Assembly (NCBI RefSeq): GCF_006345805.1
Contig: NC_043015.1
Location: 16,492,001-16,556,000 of the forward strand
Origin: Octopus sinensis
Taxonomy: Eukaryota
Length of the DNA: 64,000 nt
Direction: 5' to 3'
The position numbers and the translations under genes were made by a program. The notes beneath the pieces were generated by a model. It searched no databases and was not told the origin of the DNA. It saw only the letters and a list, made by a program, of their open reading frames with translations. Positions 1-12,274 of this stretch are shown here, piece by piece. Position 1 is the stretch's first letter. The number at the start of each line of letters is the position of its first letter.

Positions 1-310
1 ACCCACAAAAACTTTTTGGTTAATATAAATGACTTGCTGTTGCTGAGCCTAGAATATGGCCTCTGAATTTTCATTGAGGAAATGCCAGTGGATTTAGGGC
101 CAAAGTAAAACAGATGTGCAGACAGACTCTCACCTTGAAAAACTGAACATCAGTTCAGAAAAAATGCAAGGTTTTATGAGCCTTTCAACAGCAGCAGCTA
201 ATGCAGCAAGTGCATTTGCCAGTGAGTTCAGTTGCCATGAGTGTGAACGGTTATCAAATACCTTTCTATATTCAAGCCATACTATCACAAGGTTCCTGCA
301 GTGTTTTCTT
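1..310 (-). mobile_element. Degenerate non-LTR reverse transcriptase fragment, R4/Dong-like
   Basis: Frameshifted minus-strand motifs RNLVIVWLEYRKVFD..HSW and FQGESLSAHLFTLALNPL resemble W(I/L)DYRKAFD.VPHSW and FQGDSLSP.LF.LALNPL. Confidence 0.7.
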
Positions 311-335
311 ACTTTAGACATTACAGAATAGTAAA

Positions 336-465
336 GTGTGTGTGTGTGTGTGGGTGAATGTATGGATGGATAGATGGATGGTTGTATGTATGCATATGTG
401 TATATGTGTGTGTATGTATGCATGTATGGATGGATGGATGTGTGTGTGTGCATGTATGTGTGTAT
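336..465. repeat. Compound (TG)n/(GATG)n/(TATG)n microsatellite
   Basis: Directly visible. Confidence 0.9.
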
Positions 466-1489
466 TTACTTCCACACAAACCCCCTTAATTTAATTTGTC
501 CTTAGTCGAAAGACACCTGTTGTTATGTCCTGTTATTTGTATTTGTGTAACCTTCTCCATTTTTTTTCATATACATTCGCTGCTTTCTTCCAAGGAATCT
601 GATGCTCTTAGCTTAGTTTTTCCTTGGGTCTGGCCAGACTGGAGCAATCTCAAGTATAACCAGCCAAAATTGCAAAGATAATCTGGAACTCGACTGAGGA
701 AAGAAAACTCTGAATGACCCATCCTTGTTTTCTTTGTATTGTCTGTCTGGATGTTTTGTTGTCCCTTTCTTGTATCACCTAACTGTCTGGATGTTTTGTG
801 TTCTTGTCCCATTTTGTATTTTTCATATATATGTGTATTTATATGTATGAGTGTTTGTATGTGTCCAAGCATTCATATGAATGTATGTACATCTACAGGT
901 ATGTATGTATGCATACAGGTATGTATTTTATTCTTTCATTCTTTTATCGGTTTCAGCTCAAAGCTGCAGCCATGCTGGGGCACTGCCATTATTCGATGAA
1001 ATAAATCTAATAAAAGCATGCCAGTTTAAAATATACATACATGTTTTATTGGAGATGTGTTAAGCATGAACTGTATAACAAGATATAAGAAGTTGCTGAT
1101 TGCCTGAAAGCTGAGATGTAGAACAATGAAAATTTGAAATGAGAGAATTTACAATAATCTAAGAGAATTTGGAGTAGGTGGAGAGAAAGAAAAGACTAAA
1201 GAACAAAAATATTTGAGTTGCATTTTTCATAGTTCTTGGTACTAAAAATAATAGCTAATCTAAATTGAATAATTTCCAAAAATTTTTGTTTTACAACAGA
1301 AATTACAACCTAATTATTAATTAAATTTCATTTAATTTGGAGAGATATTACTTATTTTAACTAGTCACATGGCCTGATCAAGATAAAATTAATTAAATCA
1401 ATCTCAATGATACATAAAAGTTTAACAAAGTCAAGTAATTTCCATCATGAGTTATTCAGTAACATACTAAACTATATGAAACAATAAAA

Positions 1490-2225
1490 TAAAGTACCAG
1501 TCAAGTACTGGAGTTGATGGTATCAACTAACCCTCTCCTCTCAAACATTTTATCAACCTTTCAGGGTTGACAAAATAAGTACTAGTTAAGCACTGGGGGG
1601 GATTTAGTCAATAAACCCACCAAATTTCAGGCTTTGTGCCTATAGTAGAAAGGATAATAATAATAATAATAATAATGATGATGATAATAATAATAATAAT
1701 AATAAGAAGAAGAAGAAGAAGAAGAAGAAGAATGATGATAATTATTATTATAATCATTAGCATGCTGGGCAAAATGCTTAGCAGCTTTCTTTACATTCTG
1801 AGATCAAATTCCACTGAGGTTGACTTTGCCTTTCATACTTTCGGAGTTGATAAAATAAGTACCAGCTGAGCGCTGGGGTTGATGTAACTGACTCACCCAC
1901 TACCTAAATTGCTGGCCTTGTGCAAAAATTTGTAAAAATTTATTATTATTATTACTATTGCTGGTGGTGGTGGTAGTAGTAGTAGTAGTGTTTTTGTTGT
2001 TGTTAAGGTGGCAAGCTGGCAAGATCATAAGCAGATCAGCACAAAAATGCTTAGTGGCATTTATTCCACATCTTTATGTCCTAAGTTCAAATACCACCAG
2101 AGTCAACTTTGCCTTCCATTCTTTCAGGGTTGATGAATTAAAAGTTTCAGTCAAAGACTGGGGTTGATGTTTTAAAAACTAATTCCTTTTCCTCAATATT
2201 ACTGGCCTTGTGCTAAAGTTTGAAA
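1490..2225 (+). mobile_element. Cluster of three copies of a tRNA-type SINE (family A) separated by (ATA)/(AGA)/(GTA) microsatellites
   Basis: Recurrent core gactttgcctttcat..gttgataaaataagtacca..ctggccttgtgc at about 1495-1650, 1757-1935 and 2006-2225. The same core recurs many times in the window. Confidence 0.8.
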
Positions 2226-3459
2226 TAGCTATTATTATTGATGTTGTTATTGTTATTATTATTATATTTTATTATTATTTGAGAATTATTTTATTACAAT
2301 AAAACTGTAAATATAATATCTTCAGAAAATAATCAATAAATAAAATAAAGAATTCAAAATTATCTCTGCTGTTTTCTTTAGCTTTATATCTTATTTCTTC
2401 CCACTCTCTCTTTCTGATACACATTAGATTTTTAGCATGAAACAAAAGAAAGACTACAGTATGCAAATAAACAAATGAACAAACAAATGAATGGAGATAA
2501 TAAGCACATACACTAGAGAAATCTCACCGTTTGATAACTACTTTTTTGGTATTAATTTCCTTAACTTCCCCTCCTTGACCTGTCTTCCAGAAATCTTCCT
2601 GAGAAGTAAAAAGATTCTACAGAGAGCAATTGCTAGTAGAACCAGGCTGAAGTATGTTCACATTAGCATTATACATGTTGCAAGTATGAAAGTATGGCAG
2701 ATTAAATCATTTCGCTCCAAAACATTCTGAATTATTAACCAATATAGCCATTTAATATGAAACCAATTGATTTTTTTTTAAAGAAACACAAAAGACAAAT
2801 AATAAAATTTTCAGGAATATTTTTTTTAAATATAAAATGTCACTAATCAGTTGCAGATTATATCATATAAGATTCATAGACATATTGAAATTACCAACAT
2901 AAATACAGATAAATGCTTAAATATATTTTGAAAATAGTACTTCATGACTGAAGAATGTATAATAAACTCTGAATTTAAATGTTCTATGTTTGAATTTTTC
3001 TTGAGGTTGATTTCATATTTTGTACAATTGCATCTACAGTAGTAAGTTTTAAATATGTTATATATAAGGGTAATGCTAGCCTAAAATTCGGGCCAGAATT
3101 CCAAGAATGTGCTTCTTCTATAGCTTATAAGGTTAATGTCTCCAAGAAAATCCACCAATATTTGCCAAGAGTTTTTAATGAAAGGATGTTACTAGATCAA
3201 TGGATGGCACATAATTATTTCTTTTAACCAGACATAAAACACATTTTGCAGGAGACATTATAGTTGATGGATAATGTTACAGACAGATATTTTATTCATC
3301 CCAGAGGATAAAACACAAAGTTGACACGAGTGAGATTTGAAATCAGAAGTACCAAATGAAATACAGTAATATCTCATATCTAACATTCAATCATCACAAG
3401 TCTCTTCAGGACTCTTGATAGTAATATTTCAACCAACTATACACCTCATATGTCCTTAT

Positions 3460-3863
3460 CAGTGCTGGATTAACCATTAAGCAAAATAAGTACATGCCTG
3501 GGGAATCAAGGGAAATAGGGGGCACCACAGGAATGGTAAATGGTTTACAGCATTTGTTAAAATAATATTTCAAGTAGCTTATTGATTGGAAATATAATTA
3601 TCAGATGTGTTATGTAAGATTAATTTTGAGGATCTGATCAAAGACTTTGCAATTAAAAAAAGAGGAGAAAACTTTTCAAATATAAACCAAGTGGAAGTAT
3701 ACCAAAATAAACATTATTTTCTATCTTACTTTTTTGCTTTGTTTTGAAAAATAAAAATTTATTTTATGGTTTATTATTGTTTGCATTTTGAATTACATAA
3801 ATATATGGGGGCACCAAAATCTTTTAAGTGCTTAGGGTCTTTATGGGTCTTAATCTGGCCCAG
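3460..3863. mobile_element. Putative MITE with imperfect terminal inverted repeats
   Basis: cagtgctggattaa ... ttaatctggcccag, with internal ggggcacca motifs. Confidence 0.45.
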
Positions 3864-3915
3864 TTAAACCCCATTGGGCAGCAAAAAAATTTGAACAAAA
3901 ATGAAATGTAAGTTA

Positions 3916-4216
3916 CCGTATATATTCAACTATATGTCGTACTCTTTTTCCTTCAAATTTCCCCCTAAAGTTGGGGGTGCAACTTATAAGCACATCCTAT
4001 AAAAAAGATCTTCAGATATTTTCTAGGTACAAGCCACATGTGAAGTTCCGACACTTGGATTAACTGAAAAAACCCAAATTGCTAATTTCAAAGCCGAAAA
4101 GTACATGGAAGACATATCTTTAGATATTTCTTTACTTCTATTATTTAATGAAAGTGATGATGTATTCTGATTTTTGTCATCATAGGCAAGGGCGCTTTAT
4201 AGTCGAGTATATACAG
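3916..4216. mobile_element. Tc1/mariner(pogo)-type MITE
   Basis: TA|ccgtatatattcaactata ... tatagtcgagtatatacag|TA: TIRs with TA target duplication. Confidence 0.7.
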
Positions 4217-5269
4217 TAAGTAGTTGAATAAAAAGGGAGACATTACTATAGAGATATATTATAGCAAAAGACATTACAATCTACTGCACACAACATCATT
4301 AGTAACAGCTGTAATTCTTAGAAGCCATATCTATGGTTAAATATAAACAAGATTTACATGAAATAAAGGAATCTCTACAGTTATCAATTTGTGTTCCAAA
4401 ATTCCTGATGTGAAATCTCGTGTTCAAACCAATATTGTTGTATTTCGCTATCCTTAAAAATGTTTTAGCCCGAAGGCCGCAGCCATGCTATAGTCATTAT
4501 TATTTTTTTTTTTGCCAAATAAACACATGCATTATATATTTTTTCTTCACTCTTTATTACTGTTCTTATTTTATTATTTTAACTCATGTCCATTGTCTGG
4601 GAATCTTTCCTCACCCATCTGTGACCTCTTCAGCGACACTTTTCATTTTTGTGTGTGTTCTTGCTCCACTTACTCCATTCTGTTCCTCTAAGGTGTGTAT
4701 CCTTATGTGTGCATGCATTTGTGTGTGTGAATGCATCATAGTTTTTAACAGCAGTGTGACCTTCCCCTCAGCAGCCTCATCTTCTCACCCCATTGTGTTG
4801 CTGCTGTCCTAAGACCCCAAAATATGGTACAGTTCCTGTATTCCTCTGTGTATGTGTGTTCGCCCACAGTGTTATCACCTTGGTAGTTGTTATTGCCATC
4901 ACTGTCACCACCCCTGCTGCTGTCGTTAATCATGTTGTGACATTGTTGTGGTCATCCGTGAAATTTCTTGCGTGTGTATGTATGGATTCACTTCATATGT
5001 TGTATGTATCCATGCCTTTTATATAGATTTATTTATTTTATCTATCTCTATATCTAATATTTATTCCAGGTATGTGACAAATATATTTGTTAACCTATTT
5101 ATATCTACTTTTTTTGTACATCTATATCTATTTCTAATAAATACCACAGGTAAGTGTATATATGTCTATTGTGTGTGTATTATCCTGTATTATTTACGGT
5201 TTTCTTTTTCCTCTCTTCTGTCTTTAGTCATGTGGTGTGGTGGTGGGTGTTACTGTTCCATTTCTGTTT

Positions 5270-6600
5270 TCTATTGAGTCTCGGTCTGTCTACTACTATT
5301 TGCGTAGCCTCTGTGATCTAAGTGTTATGTCAGTTCCATGTGTTGATAATACCTTAACTTCTATGCTATTAATCAAGCCTCCATGTTCTGCCTGAGCATG
5401 TTAGTAGAGCACTGACAAGCTTTTCCCTTCTTTCAGCTCCTGCCAATGTTCACATATGCGCTCTCCTATGCTCACCAATGTAGGTAGTTGTCATGTTTCT
5501 GCACCATCCCTCAGTACATCATAAACTAACCTTACAGTTATCTTATGGGTTCATCCTCCATACAACACAATTGTACTCCATACAGGGTCTTATCAAAGGG
5601 ATAGGTATTGCAGATCAGGAATTTTAATGGGACACCAGGCCTCTCTACTACTTTAATTCATAGATTAGCCTTACTTAATGTTTTTCTAAAAAGGTAAGCT
5701 AGTTCGCCACCAGGGCTAGAATTGACGAACATGACACTCTGGTATTTTTTGTTGTCATGTCAAGTGTTGGTCTTATCTTATTACTGGTCCAGGATTCACT
5801 CCTAAGTACAAAGATGGCTTTGTACTTAGTCCTGGTTCCTTTGTACACTCTAATTCTGTCCCTTTGGTTGAAGTCAGAGAACTGCATGCGGTAGATGAAG
5901 TGTCGTACGTGTCTTTCCAATTCCATAGTGTCACACATGCAAGACACATTCATTACTCTCACCAAGTCAGCTATAAGAAGGTTGAACTTGGCATTGTCCG
6001 CAATTGCTGCATTCTTGTGAACAAGGTACTAAGAGGCCATGAGTTTGGCATAATGATAGTGAAGGATTTGGACCTTACTGTTCTTCATTTCTAGCAAGAA
6101 TTCACTGTCTAAAATGGGTAATCTATAGTTAGGGTGCTTACTAGGATAGTCTATCATTATTTCTATACTCTGGTAGATGGAGTTGGCTATTTGCTGGATG
6201 CTCTCCTTAGTGTTGGCTTCTCTAGATCATCAACGTTGTCTTGTAGGGATGCTTTGGCTACTATGTTGATATCATCCATGTAGCGGGAGTACACGATTAG
6301 GTTTATGGAGTTCTCTCCTAATTTCTTTTTAAGTCTCCTATCCCAGGTCAGCCACATTGCCAGCGATACTGACACTGATGGCTGTACCTTCCTCTTGGGT
6401 GTATATCTTATTAAACTTAAATATATGGCCCTTGAGTGTGGTCTTGATCCTCACACCCACTGCATGTGTGACCATCTTTTTAACCTGATCTTTATTTTTG
6501 GGGACCATATAGCTCTGGTCCACCCATTCTATCTCTCTTTAGGGGTCTTCTAGGCCATAGAAGTTATAGTAGAGGGAGGTCTACCTTTTATTGATCTAGT
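5270..6600 (-). mobile_element. Degenerate Penelope-like element (RT, thumb and GIY-YIG remnants)
   Basis: Minus-strand HIFKFNKIYTQEEGTAISVSIAG, YSRYMDD, FIYRMQFSDF, then TYIGE and LNRKQKW-like endonuclease remnants. Many frameshifts. Confidence 0.8.
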
Positions 6601-7595
6601 GGGGCAGAAACAATTAAGGTCACTTTTATGCAACAATGACTACTTAGATAAACAATAGACATGAGTTAAAATAATAAAATAGGAACAGTAATAAACAAGT
6701 GAAGAAAAAAATATATAGTGCGTGTGTTTATTTGGCAAAAAAGAAAAAAATGACCATCCCGAAATACAACAAAAGGGATCTCTGTTATCAATAAATAATC
6801 TATGGAAGCACATAATGCACACAATTCATCTGCAAGCAGCCACTCTATAAACTTATTCAGACAGCTGTGTGAATTTTAGAAGACCTTTGTGAAATAATCT
6901 GCAGACTCATTGAGGAACATGTCTTCACTCACCTGTAAAATTCCTGTTCTTAGATTCTTTGAAATGAGAAAGAAAATATTCAATGCAGGCAGTTCAGGAA
7001 CCTTATTCTTTGGATGCCAATGCTCTTTGAGGGGGCAATGTTAATTTGATAAATAGATAGATAAATAGATATATGGAGAGAGAGAGAGAGAGAGACAGGG
7101 GGGAGAGATTATGCAGAATGGTCCCTAAGTATTTTCCACCTCTTCTATTGTTCATGCACATGTGTGAAAGGAAGTGAGATAGAGAGAAAGGGAGTAGTGT
7201 ATAAACAAAAGAAAAGAGCATTTGATATGTTTTGTAGAGTTTACATTTATTTGTAATGGATCACTACTAACTCAGAAGCAGGCATCTGAACAATCAGAAT
7301 TTGGCGGAGGTAAAGAATATACACACCACCCGTTTTCGGCATAACCCTAACCCTAAACACCAGGTGTGCGTATTCTTTACCTTCATCCAGAATTTTTTTA
7401 TTCACTTCTACAAAACTTTAAGTAGTGCAATTTTGTGTCAAAATATATACACACACACATGCGCATGTGTGTGCCTATACATTGATAGATATATATTGTC
7501 AAACAATATATAATTGGTTACAGTATATAACTAACCAGAAGATCAAATTATTACCATTGGTTTTACAGTGATATTAGTGTATAATAATAATAATC

Positions 7596-7745
7596 GTTTC
7601 GTTTAGCGTCCGCTTTCCATGCTAGCATGGGTTGGACGGTTCAACTGGGGTCTGGGAAGCCAGAAGGCTGCACCAGGCCCAGTCTGATCTGGCAATGTTT
7701 CTACAGCTGGATGCCCTTCCTAACATCAACCACTCCGTGAGTGTA
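7596..7745 (-). mobile_element. SINE fragment (family C)
   Basis: gtttagcgtccgctttccatgctagcatgggttggacgg...ggatgcccttcc. A decayed relative lies at about 41520-41700. Followed by (ATA)n at 7745-7803. Confidence 0.6.
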
Positions 7746-7747
7746 TG

Positions 7748-7797
<50 letters not shown>

Positions 7798-8944
7798 TAA
7801 TAATGAAACTAGCTGGACCCGTGAAAACTTCAAGGAAAATATAAACACTGTAAGCATCTGTAAACTGTGTGCTGGTGCCATGAGAAATGTTTGCATATTG
7901 TGACACAATAATATCCAATATTGGCTAAGGACCCAGTATACAGAATACGGTAATAAATTATATTGTAGGAAAGTAAAAGTAACCTCCAAGATCTGCTGTG
8001 GTTATGTATCTGTCTACTATGAAAATACTGATAAACATTTAAAAACAAAACAAATGCCACCTTCCTTTCAGTCACCACTCTCTGCCTCACTCCTTCTCTG
8101 TCACTTCCTCTCCCTCACTTCAAGTATACTTCCTCTACTTAACACCCTTTATTTTTCTTTCTACCTCTCCCTTCAATTGTAGAAAAGTAACAGTAACATC
8201 CACAGGTATTGTTGAAAGAGAGACAGAGGGAGAGAGAGTGTGTGTGAGAGAAAGAGGCAGACAGACAGATACAACAATAAATAGGCCACTGTTAGGACCA
8301 GATTAACACCCATAGTGACCCTAATAACTAAAAAGATTTTCCTGCCCCTGTATTGGATCTTTTTTTGTTTTCTTCCAACCACTTGAAGGTTATCTTGCTC
8401 CGGTCCACTCAGCTGGCCAAAATGAGTTGTAGATGTAATTCAAAGGTGCCAGCCTTGCCACATTCTATGTGAGGCTGAATCTCCCTGAGAACTACATTAA
8501 TGATATACATGTCTGTGGAATACTCAACGACTTGCATGTTAATTTTATCCTGGTGTGGTAACGAAAAGTGAAAGTGACATCCAATATTTGCTGTAGTTAT
8601 CTGTCTTTGATTTACTAATGTGTCTGTGTATCTACTTCTCTTTCGATCTATGTATCTACTTTTCTTTTGATGTATGTATCAGTCTACTATGAAAATCCTG
8701 AGAAAGAATTTTCCTCTCTTCCTTTCAGTCACCACTCATTCTCTCTCTCTCACTCTTTCTCTTTCTATTCCACTCCCTCTCTCTCTTTCTCTTTCTATTC
8801 CAGTCCCTCTCTGCCCCTCCCCTCTCTCACTTTGTACCTCTCTTTCTCTCTCTGTACCTCTCCTTTCAACCTTTTTACCTCTTCCTTTGAAGTGTGACAC
8901 ACACCACAGGTATATACAAAAACAAAATAAATTACCATATTAAT

Positions 8945-10400
8945 ATTATTGATTGTGTATAGTGCTCAGGTGCACTACAACTCATGAAAGGTGCATGTAC
9001 AGTACATAGAGTTATGTACAAAAGTCAGGAAAGTGAACAGTGTATGAGTCATGATAGACATGTGTGCATGCGAATGGATCAGGTGTAGTGTTGGCGAATT
9101 TCAGGAAGCATGGAGGTTTTAAAGGATGCAATGTCTCAGCAACTAACAACTGATGCTGGTAGTTTGTTCCATGCTTCAGCAACTCTGAGTGTGAAAAAAT
9201 GTTTCTGAAAGTCATGGGAGCTGTGCTTTTTTCTGACTTTGTAGGTATGCCTACGTGTGTTAGACATATGGAGCTCAAAAAGGTGCTCAAAGTGGTTGTT
9301 GGTATGATGGTTAATAATTTTGTGGATGTTTACCAAGTCATTTGCTAGATATTGGAGCTTCAATATATCTATACCCAGGGAAGCAAGGCATTCAGTGTAT
9401 AGTAGATGCCTGATGGAGGGTATTTGCTTGGTTGCACGACTCTGAACAGTTTCCAGGAGGTCAATGTCCTGAGCAAGATAGGGGCTCCAGATTGGTGATG
9501 CAAATTCCAAGTGTAGCCACACCGTAGCTATATATAGCCCTTAAATAGATAGCTGGAGAGTGGCTGACAAAGGTCTTGTTGACTGATGCCAAGATGCCCT
9601 TGGCTTCTTGACAATTTTAGAGATATGCTTTGTCCAGTGCAAATCATTGCTGACAGTAATGCTCAGGTCACATTCACAAGAAGACTTCTTGATATTAGTG
9701 TTGTAGAGAGAGTAAGTGGACGCTGGGTTTTGCCTCCCAAAATACATGGTGATACACTTGTCCACAGCCAGCTTGAGTTGCCAGTCCATAATCCATTGTT
9801 GCATTGTGTCCAGGTCCGATTGCAGGAAAGATCTACAATGTTTAGGATCTGTCCTTTTTATCTTAAAGTACAGCTTGATGGCATCTGCATATTTCAGCAC
9901 AGTGGCATACTTTAAATTGGTATCCAAGTCATTAATGTATGCAACAAACAAAAGGGGACCAAGAACAGATCACTGCGGTACACCAGATGACATCTGATAG
10001 GTAGAACGCTGTCCTAGAACTGTGACTATCTCTTTTCAGCTGAAAATGAAGGTCGCCAACCAGTTAAAAAGATCATCTTTCACATCCATTTCAGAGAGTA
10101 TTGCCATGAGTCTTTTATGTGGCACCGAATTAAAAGCTTTAGCAAAGTCAAGGTAAACAACATCCACCTATAAGCCGACATCAGTGACCTGGGTCCTGTC
10201 TTCAAGAAACTTGATAAGTTGATCACAGCAGCTGAAGTTAGGGATAAATCTAAATTGAGAGGGCTGGATAAGGTTGTGAGAATTCTATAAGTTCCAGAGT
10301 GTTTCTCTGACACAGGATTCCATCAGTTTGGCAATGCACCTAGTAAGACTGATAGTTGACAGGTGATGTGCGGTCACCCTTTTTGAACAGAGGAATAACA
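8945..10400 (-). mobile_element. 5'-truncated CR1-type LINE, copy 1
   Basis: RT motifs YLDFAKAFNSVPH, GVPQ.SVLGPLLFVAYIND, KYAD.IKL, WQLKLAVDKC, FFTLRVAEAWNKLP. Interrupted by stops and frameshifts. Confidence 0.92.
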
Positions 10401-10559
10401 CTGGCAGTTTTCCACTGCTCAAGAGTAGCACTGTCGTTAAGAAATTAAAAATTGCACACATTACATTCTCATATCTAAACTGGCTACCATACATGATTAC
10501 ACTATAAGACTAAATACTACAATGATAAAAAAAAAGTACAAAAACAACTTAAAATCAAA

Positions 10560-11640
10560 ACCCAACTGATTGTATAAAAAAGGAAGACAAATATTTTTAT
10601 CAAACAATTAAAAGAAGAAACCAATAGTGATAGCAGTTGATGAAAAGAAGAAACCAATAGTTATAACAATAGATAATGTGGTCTGTTCACACAGCGATTA
10701 TGTGAAGGCAACCCCACCACCCTTTTTCCAAACTGAGCAAATAGAATTTTTTACAGTTACAAGGAAAAAATGTAGATGGGAAATTTTGTAAAACCAAATG
10801 GCATTTCTTTGTCACAAAAGCAAATGCAGGAAAGGGCAAGAGAAAATTATTTATTCTACATACAAAAGGAAGTGGATTGGATTTTCAATCACATCAATTC
10901 ATACACCTGAAGAAATTCTCTCAGTTATGACATTGGCTGCTGTACCTTTGAAGCTTAAGACTTAAATTGTCAGACATACCTCTGAATATACATTTGTACC
11001 CCAGTACATTGGTCAAGCAAGCACAAGAATCACAATAAGAGACATTGAACACAACATAGATACATGACTAGAGGTGACTAGTAACAGTAAAGACAAGAAC
11101 TCGAAGCTGGGCTAATGAAAGGGGATGTGTGATCAGGAGAAAAAAAAACAAAAGGAAAATTAAAATAATGAATATCAATAGTAACAACTAAAAGAACAAA
11201 AAACCCTAGACTCCAGAGCATCACCAGCAAAAACTCTGGAGGATGGCAAGTGAAATATCTTTATGCCCAGTATCAGAAATCAATAAGCAAATGCTTGTCC
11301 TCTAATAAGAGACAACAAAAAATGAGCATAAAAATGTCAGAAAAAGAAGACTCAACAAAAACAGGTAAAGTTAAACAATTTCTTCCAAATAACAATGAAA
11401 TTCCTCTTCAGGAAAATATGAAAAAAAATTCAGATAATGAAAATGAACAAAGATTTACCAGTCTTGGAAAATCACACAAACAGCTACAAAGAAAAATTAC
11501 ACATCTCTGGTACCACAGATTTACCAAAAACGTTATAAAAATACAAAAACAGTTAGATCCAAAATAAAATCAACATACAAAAAATAGATTGTTAGTAAAA
11601 TTAAGACTAAACATTATAATTAAATTAAAAGAGATTACCC
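10560..11640 (+). mobile_element. Highly decayed Penelope-like remnant(s)
   Basis: QYIGQASTRITIRDIEH at about 11000-11055 resembles the GIY-YIG motif YIGQT.R....R..EH. The surrounding sequence is A-rich and coding-like. Confidence 0.4.
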
Positions 11641-12096
11641 TCTAGATGTTGATGTCAACTCCAAATGTTATAAAAAAATTGCTTAGTGGTGTATTCAATT
11701 GCACTCAAGCACAATTTGAGAAATGATTAAGTGAAGAGAGCCATGGGTCTCCTAACTGAACCTAACCAGTAATCTTTCATATTTCATTTCCTTTAATTAT
11801 ATCTTATTTTAATTACTTTGTTTTATTCAACTTCTTTTATTTTTCTGTGTGCATATGTAGGTGTATGTATATACATGTGTATCTGTGTGTGTGTGTGTGT
11901 GTGCATACCTTTAAAATTCTTAGTATATCCTTCCCTATATTGCATAACGAATCTCATCCCTCCCTTTGCAATTGTAAAGGTGTTTTTAAGGTTTCACATT
12001 TTCATTCCTTTCTTAATAACCCAAAGTGAAAGTTTATTATTTTTTGTATCTTTTCAAGCCTTTGTGATTAATAAAGAAAAGATTATCCTTATTATT

Positions 12097-12240
12097 AAGG
12101 TAGCAAGCTGGCAGAATTGTTAATGTGTTGGACAAAATGCTTAGTGGCACTTCTAGCTCTTTACATTCTGAGTTCAGATCCTGACAAAGTCAACTTTGCC
12201 TTTCATCCATCTAAAGTTGATAAAATAAAGTACTGGAATA
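12097..12240 (+). mobile_element. SINE family A, truncated next to the CR1 insertion
   Basis: aggtagcaagctggcagaattgtt...caactttgcctttcatcc...aaataaagtact. A family A tail-like piece resumes at about 13625. Confidence 0.7.
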
Positions 12241-12274
12241 AAAAATGAAATTAACTAATCATTAACTAATCAAC

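Noticed and set aside
130-310. Apparent minus-strand exon ending in caag|gtgaga at about 134
   Set aside because: The sequence is the FQG(E/D)SLS motif of a decayed non-LTR RT, so the donor-like string is coincidental.
1636-1869. ORFs with poly-I/R/V/N/Y or (CV)/(HT) repeats here and throughout the track
   Set aside because: Translations of microsatellites or SINE cores, not genes.
6932-6955. Possible 24-nt microexon (NLRTGILQ) with donor gtgagt
   Set aside because: Too short to assess, with no supporting context.
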